Assembly (NCBI GenBank): GCA_000388065.2 | Contig: KB932215.1 | DNA: 55,859 bases | DNA from: Fonticula alba ATCC 38817 | Taxonomy: Eukaryota > Protista > Nucleariida | Strand: one strand, 5' to 3' | Part shown: in pieces, positions 44,577-54,545 of the stretch | Numbering within the stretch: the stretch's first letter is position 1 | Layout: every line of letters starts with the position of its first letter | The notes under the pieces: model-generated | Seen by the model: the letters and a program-made list of their open reading frames with translations, nothing else | Database searches by the model: none | Told to the model about the DNA's origin: nothing | Made by a program: the position numbers and the translations under genes

Positions 44577-47500
44577 CGGCTTCAATCCCCCCGGTCACTA
44601 TGGGGCTGGGGGGATGTATGGGCCGGGGGGGGCCGGGGCCTTCGGCCCGGGTGTCGTGGCCCCCGTCGGGGGGCTGCCCGGGCAGCTGGGCCTCGGAGGG
44701 GGCGCGGCCGCCAGCGCCATGGCCGGGCGTCTTGGGCTCCGGGCGCCCCTCCCCCCGCTGGCCTCCAGCGGCTTGAGTTCCATCTCGCTGGGGGCCATCA
44801 GCAGCCAGGGCAGCGCCGCGGCACTGGCCCCTGTCGGGCCGCTATCCGGGGCCCTGTCCACCGGGTCGATTGCGTCGGCCGGCACGCCGCGGGCGCCTGG
44901 TGGCCCGTCGCACCCTGGCAGCGTGTGGTCGCTGCACTCGCCGGGGGCTCTGCTGGCAAGTGGGTCCTCGCTGGGGCTGCTTTCCGGGTGCGTCTGGCGT
45001 TGCGTCTCTCTCTGTGTTTGTGTGCTTTTGTGTGTGCTTGTGGTTTTTGTGGTTTTTTCTGTGTATGCTTGTGTTTTTTTTGTGGGGTTTTCTGTGTTTC
45101 CGTGTTTCTGCGCTTGTCTGTGCCTGTCTGTGCCTGTCTGTGCTTGTCTGTGTCTGTCCATGTCCGCGACTCCCCGCGCCTGCCCGTGTTTGGACTCCCC
45201 TCCCCTCCCTCCTCACACCCACCGTTCCTCGGGCCATGCCCCTCTTCTTGTCCCGCCTCTGGCACTGGCCCGCCGCCTCGGCCCCCCGGGGACCACAGCT
45301 CGCTCGGGTCGCTTGACGACCAACTCCGCGCGCAGTCGCTCCCGGGGCACCTGTTCAGCGAGCGAACCGGCTCGCCGGTGCCATCGCCCGGGTCGCCCGG
45401 GCCGCTGCTGGCCGGGGGGTCGCGCTCGGCCTCGAGGTCCTCCCTGACGTCGGTGGGGGGGACCGGCACGGGCGGCGGCTCGACAGCGCGTCTGGTGTCG
45501 GCAACGGCGGCAGCGGCCGAGGCCCGGGCATCGCCGACGGTCCCCGAGCGCAGTGCCTCGCCCCTGGCCGGGCAGCCGGGCGAATGGCCGGTGGAGATGC
45601 GCGCCCGGGCCATCACCCGGCACACGCGCCCGGTGAGCCTCAACACGGCGGACTTCCATCTCCGGCCGCGGCTGTCCTTCTCGGGGCAGGCGTCGCCGGA
45701 GCAGCTGAACGCCGCGGCCGGGCCCGGCCGGCCGGAGTTGCTGATCGCCGCGGCGGCCGGGTCGGCGGCCAGCCGGCCGGGGTCGCGGGCCGGGGCCGGG
45801 GCCGGGGCCGGGGCCTTCTCGGCCGCCTCGTCGGCCGCTTCCTCGGCCGCTTCCTCGGCCGCTTCCTCGGCTACTCCCTCGCCGCGGGCCGTGGCCGGCC
45901 CGGCGCCGGCCAATGCGCCAGGTCGGTGGCCATCGCCCTCCCCGGTGGCGGCCGGTGTTGTGTCGGCCGCCGAGCCGGCCGTCAGCCTCCCCCCCCAGCC
46001 GCCGATCATTTTCCTGTCCCCGGAGCCGGCCGACCCGGTGGATGGCCATGGCCGGTCTTCCAGCAATCCCATTTCCTCCTCCTGCTCCGGGGTGGCCGGC
46101 GGGTCGGGGGCCGGGGTCGGCGGGCCGGGCGGGCCGCCGGCCGGTCGTCGGCCCGGGCTCACCTCGGCCCGGTCGACCTCGGCCCTGGGCACGGTCAGCA
46201 GCGCGGAGCTGTCCCGGGGCCGGGGGGGGCCCTACACCGGGGCCGGTGCTCCTGCCCCGGGGTCGGGGCCGCTCGGGGGCCCGGGCCCGGGCCTGGCCGG
46301 CCCGGCTCCCAGCGGTCCGACCCCCCCGGCGGGCTTGGACTTCCGGCTGCCCGCGTCGCCGCTGATGGCCGGGAGCTGGATCACCACGCCGCCTCTGCCG
46401 GCCGGCGGCCCGACCGCCGGGGGGGGGCCCCTCGGCGGGGGCGGCCCGCTGCCTCGGTCGGTGTCCTTCCCGGCCGGCGGCCCGGCCGGCGACGACCCCT
46501 CCGAGCATTGTCTCTTCTGTCCCCGGCACCCGGCGCACCGGGGCTACTACCCGCTGTACCTGTGGCACTTTGCCCCGGACCGGGTGCTTGCCGCGGTGCA
46601 GGCACTTCACAAGGAGGCGGCGGCGGCGGAGGCGGCGGCGGCGGCGGCGGCGGCGGCCGGGGGCAGACACGCGCCGGCCCGCGGCCCGGGGCTGTCCCCG
46701 GGCCCCGGCTCGGCCGCGGCCCCGGCCATGTCGCCCCTCCGCCGGCGGTCGCTCTCCTCGTCGTCCATCTCGACGCACTCGTCGGCCTCGGCCTTTGGCC
46801 GGGTGTCGCGGTCCTCCTCCCGGTCGCTGTCGCCATCCACCTCGGCCGGTGCGCTGGCCGGTGCGTGCTCTCCCTGCTCCGCTCGGTTCCCCGGCCGCCC
46901 CCGGCCGCCTCGCCACCGTCCCCTCCCCCCCTCCCCCCTTGCTGACTCACCTTTCTCGTTTCCCCCTGGCTCCCCCCCCCCCCTGGCCGCGCGCACTGCA
47001 GATGTCGACTCGGAGGGACCCCTGCCACCGGCCCCCTCGGCCGCCGGACACCCGGGCCTCGTGCGGTCGGCCTCCTTCAATGGGCTGTCGCGCATCGACG
47101 AGGGGCCGGGCCTGGTGGAGGAGGCGCATGGCCAGACGGCCGGGCAGGTGTCGCTGCCGTCCGGCAGCCCGCGCGGCGGGGCGTGGCCCGCCCCCTCGCC
47201 GGGGCTCTTCCCCCCGGCGGCGGCGCTGCCCCCGGTGAGCATCTCCCTGGTGACGGCGCCCAAGCACCTGCACTCGCACTTGCTGCTGCTTCAGCAGTTC
47301 CACCTCCTGCAGCAGTTGTACGCGGCCGGGGCGCTGAGCCGGCGCGCTGGGCCCGGCGCCGGCGGGGTGTTCGGCACGTCCGAGCTCCCCGGCGTGCCGC
47401 AGGTCCTGGCCCGGGCCGACTGGCCGGGCTGGCGGATTCTCACGCGGCAAACGTCGCGGCCGGCGGCCCGGCGGGCTGCTCCTGGGCCCGGGCCGGCGGC

Positions 47501-47762
47501 CGTCATGGAGGTGCGCACGACCGGCCTCGAGGTGGCCACGGCGGTGGGCATGGCGGCCGGGGCCGGCCCCCGGGCTCTGAGCCCCGGGGGGCTTGCCCTG
47601 CCGGCCGCGTCGCCCATTGACCCGGCCCGGTCGCCGGGGGGCGAGATGCCCCCCTCGTCGGGCGGGCCGGTGTCCGGGCTGCTGCCGCTGTCGCCGCGGC
47701 CATCACCATCGGCGTTGCCCATGTCGCCGCCGTCATCGCCCCTCCAGTCGCCGCCACCGCCG

Positions 47763-47803
<41 letters not shown>

Positions 47804-48265
47804 GGCGGGCGTGGCCCCCGGCACCTTCAGCGGCCAGTCCCTGCGCAAGCGCTTCCTCCAGCGCCTGTCGCGCATCCGCCCGTCGCCTCAGGGGTCGCCG
47901 GGGTCGCTGCAGGCGGCCTTCCTGCCGAGCCCGACGGCCACGCAGCAGCCGGCGGCCCCGGGGGGGGCAGGGGCCTTGCCTCCGTCGCCGTCGCCGTCGC
48001 CGTCGCCGCTGCTGGCGCAGGCGCCGGTCCCGGTGGCCCTGTCGCCCGGGGGGCCGGCCGAGGGGGTGGACGTGGCGGACCCCCCGGGCGGCGGGCCTCC
48101 CCCGGCGGGGGAAGTGCGCTTCCCCGGGGCCGGGACACATGCCAAGCGCCCCGGGGCCCGGTCGCTGAGCTCGGCCTTCTCCGGCACCCCGGGCCGGCGG
48201 TCTGGCTTCCTGGGGCTCTTTTCCGCGGCCGATGGCGATTACCACCCCCAGCAGTACCACTTCCC

Positions 48266-48303
<38 letters not shown>

Positions 48304-50397
48304 CGGCGGCGGCCTTGGCCGGGTCCACGGCGTACGCCGCGCACAGCCGGTCCGGCAGTGTGGGCAGCGCGGCGCCGGCGGTCCCGATGCATGGGGTCCT
48401 GGTGCCGCACTCGCCGGGGCCCACCCCCGCCACCACCGCCACGTCCTCGTCGTCCTCCTCGTCGTCGTCCTCCTCGTCGTCGGTGGCGGGGCCGGGTGGC
48501 GCTCCGCTGACCCGGCGCGGCACCGGCGGCAGCGCCTCCGCCGCGTCGCCGCCCCTGCTGTCGCCCTTCAAGTACCTGCCCCGGCGGTGGACCCGGCCCG
48601 AGGCGGCGGCGTCGGCAGGGCCGGGCAGCGGCGCGGGGGCGCCCGTGGTGCCGGCCGGGCCCGGGCCCGGGCCCGGGCCCGGCGCCGGTGCGTCGTCGTC
48701 CGGCGCCGGTCCCACGGCCGCCACCGGGCCCGGGCCCGCCGTCCCCCCGGGGCCCCTGCTTCGGTCGGCCTCCGGGCGGTCAATCAATGCCTGGCTGGGC
48801 CCGGCCCCGGCCCCGGTGGAGGCGGCCCTGCAGGTGTCCGGCTTCCTGTGGAAGCACTCGTCGCGGCTCTTCGGCCGGACGCACTGGGCCCGGCGGTGGT
48901 TCTGCGTGCGCGGCGGGCTGCTCATGTATTCGAAGGCGGAGCCGGTGGCCGCCTCGGCATCGTCATCCTCCTCGGCGGTGGCCACCCTGCCGGGGGAGGA
49001 GTCCGAGCCGTCGACCCCGGTCGGGACGGATGCCAGCGGGCCGGAGTCCCTGGCGCCTGGCAGCCCTGGGTCCGGCGCGCCGGGGGCGGTGCCGCCGCCG
49101 GCCTCGCCGGGGCCCATGGCGGCCGCCGCCGGCGGCCCGCAGCTGGTGGCCGCGGTGGACCTGGCCGGGGCCATGCTCGGCGGGGACCTGCCACTGCCGG
49201 AGGCGGCCGATGACCGGGAGCTGTCGGCCGCGGGGGCGGGCTCCGGCGGCCCGGGCGGGCCTCTGCTGGTGCTGACGTCCTCCTCCTCGACGGCGTCGCT
49301 GGTGCAATCGGGCCCGAGCTCGCCGCGGCGGCGGCTCCTCCTGCGGATTTCCTCCGGTAGCCAGTACGTGGCGCATATGCCTCCTGCCCTGGTGTTTGCC
49401 CGGCTCTGACCATGTGCCCGCCGGGTGCCCTCCTCGGGTGCTGCCCCTTGTGCCTGCTTCCCTTTCCCTGTCTTTCCCTTCGGCTTGGCCTCCGCCTCCT
49501 GCCCCGGTGCGTCGGGTCCTCCGGGTTGCGCCTTCCCGCGGCGCAGGCTGCTGACGCTGAGCACGCGCGACCCGGCCGAGCACCGGCGCTGGCACCAGGC
49601 CCTGGCGATCCTGATCGAGTACTACACGGCGGCCTGGGTGGCGGCGGCGGCGGCGGCGTCGGCGGCGCTTGCCGGGACGGCGGCGCCTGCCGGGCCGTCG
49701 GCGGTGACCGGCGTCGGCGGCGCGCCGGCGGCCGGCCCCGAGTCGGGGGCCCCTCCCCCCGGCCAGGCGGCGGGCGCACGGCCGGAGCCGGGGCCGGCCC
49801 CGGTGGCGGCGGCGGCGGCGTCGTCCCCGGCCTCGGTGCCGGCGGCGACACCGGCCCCGGTGGTGGTGGCGGCCGAGAGACGGCACATCGGTGTCCCGCG
49901 CCCGGAGCAGGTCAACCTGAAATGCTTCCACCAGAGCTCCTTCAAGCGGTTCATGCTGCCGCGCGACCTGTCCATGGCCGACCTCCAGGCATTCCTGGAG
50001 AGTGCCTTCTGCTGCGCGGACCGGCACCTGCTCCTGTACCGGGACCCGGACTCGGACTACATGCCGATCACTTCGCAGCACGATCTGGACGTGGCCTTCG
50101 GCGAGGTGCGTGCGGTGGGGCCTTCCCGCGCCCCGCCCCCCTGCCCCCCCCCCCCCCCCCCCCCCCATTTTTAAGAGGATGGCCCGGGAAGAAGAGGCCC
50201 NNNNNNNNNNNNNNNNNNNNNNNNNNNNNNNNNNNNNNNNNNNNNNNNNNNNNNNNNNNNNNNNNNNNNNNNNNNNNNNNNNNNNNNNNNNNNNNNNNNN
50301 NNNNNNNNNNNNNNNNNNNNNNNNNNNNNNNNNNNNNNNNNNNNNNNNNNNNNNNNNNNNNNNNCGCTGCCCGGCACTGACATTATTTCCGCGCCAT

Positions 50398-50446
<49 letters not shown>

Positions 50447-53400
50447 CGCGCGCGGGAGGTGGGCAGAGCGGGCCCGTGCGGCTGGCTGCCATCGTCCCAT
50501 GTGCCACTGACGCGTTTGTGTGCCCGGCCATGCGCGCCACCCCTGGGCGGTTCCCACCTCGGTCCTCGGCGCGCCCGGGGCTGGCCCGCAGTTTGAGCGC
50601 CCGCAAGATGTCATCCGGCTCTTCCTGCTGGACACCTCCGGCGGGGTGAACTTCACCGGCGCCCCGGGCGAGGGGTCGGCCCCGCTGGCGACCGTCGCCT
50701 CGTGGGACCGGTCGGCATCGCCGTCGTCCTTCCATGCCCGGCGCCCGGGCGAGCCCTTCCCCCTGCCGCAGCCGTCGCCCAGGTCGAACTTCACCGCGCC
50801 GCGGTCCCGGTCCAGTGCGTGTCCCGACGGGGCGCTTTGCTTTTCTCTCTCTCTCTCTCTCTTGCTCGGGGGGCGGGGCGGGGCGAGGCCGGGAGTGGGG
50901 GGCCCTTCGCTCGGGGGCTCCCCCTTTCCCGCGGTGGCGGTTGCCCTGCCCGGTCGGGCTTTCCGCCGGGCCGGGGCTGCTCCCGCCGCGCATCCCCCAC
51001 CCCCCGCGGTCTTCCTGGTTCCTCTGCCGGCGCGCGGCCGTGCGCCCATGACTGACCCTCCTGCCATCGGGTCGTGTACCGGACCGCAGCCAAGATGAAC
51101 TGGCTTCGCGGGCCGCAGATCGGGTCCGGCGCCTGCGCCCAGGTGTTCCTCGGGCTGAACGTCAACAGCGGCCAGCTGATGGCCGTCAAGCAGATTGAGA
51201 TCCCCCAGTCGACGGCGGCGGCGGCGGCCGCGGCCGCGGCGGCCGCCAGTTCCGGCAGCCAGGTCACCCGCGGCGGGCACATCCGCATGGCCAGCGCCGG
51301 GCCGGTGAGCATGGGCGCCGATGCCCATGCGGCCGGGGCCGGGCCCGACTCGGCCGGCGGCCGGCATGTCCTATCACCCGGGTCCCTGGGCGGCGGCGGC
51401 GGCGGCGGGCCCGGGCCCGGGGCCGGGTCCCTGTCGCGGGAGTTCGGCGTCCCCGGGCCCGGGCCCGGCAGCAGCAGCGTCGGCCTCGGGGGCAGCACCG
51501 GCCCGGTGGCGGGCAAGCAGCATGCGCCGGGGCACGGCGGCGGCCAGCGGCTCGGCTTCGGCACTCGCCTGCAGACCCTCCTCCGGGAGACGGAGCTCCT
51601 GCGGCAATTGAGCCACCCGCACATCATCTCCCTCTATGGGATTGATTATGACTCCACCTGCACCAGCGTCTTCCTGGAGTATGCCCCCGGGGGGTCGATC
51701 CAGTCGCTGCTCCGGCAGTTTGGGCCCTTTGACGAGCGGCTGGTCCGGCTGTTTGCGGCGCAGCTGCTCGACGCGCTGGCCTACCTGCACGACTTGGGCA
51801 TCGTCCACCGGGACATCAAGGGGGCCAATGTGCTGGTGGATTCCAACCGCGGGTGGGTCAAGCTGGCGGACTTCGGCATGGCGGCATACTACTCGGCGGC
51901 CGGGGCGGGCCTGGGCGGGGCCGTCGGGGCCGTTGGGGCCAATGGCCCGGACCCGGGGGCGGGGTCCGGCCCCGGGGGCGGGTCGCCGGCCAGCGGCGGG
52001 TCCAGCCCCCGGGCCCCGGGCCCGGGGCCCGGGGCCATGGGCAGCCTTTCGCAAAGGTGGCAAGCCATGCAAACCTCGGGCACCCTGTTCGAGATGGTGG
52101 GCACCCCGCACTGGATGGCGCCGGAGGTGGTCCGGCAGCACATGTACGGCCCGCCGGCCGATGTGTGGTCCTTCGGGGCCACGGTCATCGAGATGCTGAC
52201 CGGCAGGCCGCCCTGGTCGCACTTCTCCCACGATGTGGCGGTCCTCTTCCAGATTGCCTCGTGCCAGGAGACGCCGCAATTGCCGGCCGGCTTGTCGGAG
52301 CCGGGCCGGGACTTCCTGGCGGCGTGCTTCCGCATCGACGCCACCGAGCGGCCGGCCTGTCGGGACTTGCAAACGCGCGCCTGGCTGTCGGGCAAGTTCC
52401 TGCCGGCGGCCGGCGCGGGGGCCGGCAGGGCCGTGCCAGCCGCCGCTGCCGCCGCCGCCGCCGCCGCCGCCACTGCCGTGCCCGCCGTGGGCCCGGGCGG
52501 CGAGGCGTCCCTGCTCCAGGCCTTGGCGGCGCGGGCTGCCTCGCGGCCGGGGTCGCCGGTGTCCGGCGGCCCGGGGGATTCGCTGTTGCGGCCGGGGTCG
52601 CCCACGGGCCCGGGCGTGCGGGCCGGATCGCCGGTGTCCGGCGGGGCGTATGCCCTGGGCTCCGGGGCCATGCCGGCCTCGGTGGCCAGCTCGGCCGGCA
52701 GCATTTCCCCCTACCAGCCTTCGCCCTCGAGCCCGCTGCGCACGGACAGCACGCTGGATGTGTCCGGCGGCCGGGGCCCCACCGCCACGACCCCGGCCAC
52801 CACGACCACCTCCTCCTCCTCCTCCTCCTCCTCTTCCTCCTCCTCCTCCCTATACGGGGAGGGGGGCCTGCATGCTGGCGGGCCCGATGGCGTGGATGAG
52901 GCCGTCGGGGGGGACGACCGGCGCGGTGTGCGCGGGCCCCTGGCCCCGCGCGCGGCGCACTCGCTCCCCGGCCGGCCGGGGTCCCCGCCGTCCCTGGCCC
53001 CGGCCGACGGGCGCTTCCACTATGGGACCATCGCCGGGAGTGGGGACCTCCGGCGCTTGGCCGCCGTCGCGGCCGGCCACCACTTGCCCTTCCCGCCGGG
53101 GCAGTTTGCCAATCACGGCCGGCCGGCTGGGGCCTCCGGCCCCGGGCCCGGGTCCGGCTCCAGCTCCGGCGGGTCGTCCCCCCGGCCGGGCAGCCCCTTC
53201 CCCGGGGCCGGCAGCCCGCGCCCCGGCGGGTCGGTCTTCTTCCCGGCCGACGCGCCGCTGGACCCGGCCAGCCGGGCCCGGTCGAGCCTGGCGCTGAGCT
53301 CGTCCCCGCGAACTAGCGGCGGCGGCGGCGGCGGCGGCGGCCGGGGCACCCCCCCGGGCGCGTCGCCCGGGCCCACCTCCCTGCGGGCCCTCTCGCCCGG

Positions 53401-54545
53401 GGGGTCGGTCATGTCCAGCAGCAGCGGCAGCGGCAGCAGCAGCACCAGCAGCAGCAGCAGCCCGTCCCTGCCGAAGTCCGCCTCCACGCCGGACTCCCTG
53501 CGCCTGGTGGCTGAGCATGGGCTGGCCGGGCGGGCGGGCAGCCCGGGTCCCGGTGGGGCCGGTGCGCTGGCGTCCCGCCGGGCGGGCAGCGTGGCGCTGC
53601 TCCCGACCCCGGCGGCTCCGTCCGGCACCGGCGGCGGTCTGTCTGCCTGGCTGAGCCCGAACCACTCGTCCCCCTCGCCGGCGGGCAGTCCATCGCCGGG
53701 CCTCGTCCCTGTGGTCTCCTCGGATTCGAGGTGCGTATGTTTGTGTGCCTGCTTTTGTCGGGGTGTGCCGGTGTGTCTGTATCCCTGCCTATGCCCGTGT
53801 GCCTGTGCCCGTGTACACGCACACGTCCTCGGCGCCTTTGTCCCTTGTGTCGGGGCGGGTGTGCCGGACCCCGGCCTCCCTCCCTCCGATCGTGCGATCC
53901 CGCGTGAGACTCACCCCGGGCCGCCGCCCCCCCCCCTCCCCTGCACTCGTCCCCGCACCTTCCGGACATGGCCACAGCCGGCGCGGGTCGCTGGACGCGC
54001 CGACCCTTGTCGGACTGGAGGGCGCCGGGTCACGCCCTCCCTCCAACCTGCTGACCCGGCGCATCCGAAACCTCCCGCCGCGCGGTGGCGGCCCCGCCGG
54101 GCCGGCCGACGAGGTGCCCACCCCGAGCCCGCCGGTGGCGGGGGCCGGCTGGCCCGGGCCGGCGGCCGATGCCACCGCGCCCGGGGCGCCGGGGCTGGTG
54201 AAGGCCAAGTCGGCGGCCGGGTCGCCGGCCGACCTGTCGGCCCTCGGGCCGGCCGGCGGCCGGGTCGCCGCCGGGGGGGCCGTCCCCCGGCGCCCGGGGC
54301 ACCCGCATCCCGGCCAGCCGGCCGCGGGCATTTACGCCTGGGCCGGTCGCCTGCCCGGCCGGGCGGCCGACTCGCTGCCCTCCTTCGACCACCTGGCCGA
54401 GATGGCCGGCCTGCCCGGGCCCGGGGCTTCGCACCCTGGCACGCCGATGACGCCGCCGGATTCGACGCGCGGCGCGGCGTCCCACTTCCCCGGCGACGAC
54501 CCGGCCACCCAGCCGCCGGTGGACATCGCCGACCGCGATGTGTGA
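41492..54545 (+). CDS. Giant STE11/MEKK-family MAP kinase kinase kinase, PH-PH-PB1-kinase, >3,690 aa; start in or before gap 41209-41491
   Basis: Exons (gap)-42873, 43195-44987, 45299-46860, 47002-49363, 49547-50105, 50592-50814, 51090-53730 and 53978-54545, all phase compatible. Kinase domain ~51095-52390: WLRGPQIGSGACAQV, LMAVKQI, LSHPHII, FLEYAPGGSI, HRDIKGANVL, KLADFG, GTPHWMAPEV, ADVWSFGATVIEMLTGRPPW. Confidence 0.93.
41947..43415 (+). other. Split PH domain 1 of the MAP3K
   Basis: MEGPVRFA / WPLVWAVL / WFWTATELLLYPSQE / IRVSLPDC / SLFSLSVVE / LLLAVVDQPSLDEWLGTVRRAA; the strand order and terminal W-helix are typical of a PH domain. Confidence 0.65.
42905..43002 (+). repeat. 19-bp G-rich intronic minisatellite x5
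   Basis: Consensus GGCGCTGGGGTGGGKCTGY, starting 31 nt after donor 42874. Confidence 0.93.
45114..45156. repeat. 10-bp intronic tandem repeat (TGTCTGTGCY x~4)
   Basis: Read directly; inside MAP3K intron 44988-45298. Confidence 0.88.
48834..49625 (+). other. PH domain 2 of the MAP3K
   Basis: VSGFLWKHSSRLFGRTHWARRWFCVRGGLLMYSK ... VAAVDLAGA ... LLTLSTRDPAEHRRWHQALAILI. Confidence 0.9.
49908..50632 (+). other. PB1 domain of the MAP3K (interrupted by intron 50106-50591)
   Basis: VNLKCFHQSSFKRFML..LSMADLQAFLE...LLLYRDPDSDYMPITSQHDLDVAF...VIRLFL; the beta-1 Lys and an OPCA-like motif are both present. Confidence 0.85.

Larger units (their letters stand above)
18031..50363. other. Ten assembly gaps (N runs)
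   Basis: 18031-18293, 22128-22880, 27298-27372, 30348-30717, 32309-32771, 34939-35189, 36789-37023, 38514-38618, 41209-41491 and 50201-50363; most are flanked by C or G homopolymers. Confidence 0.99.
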
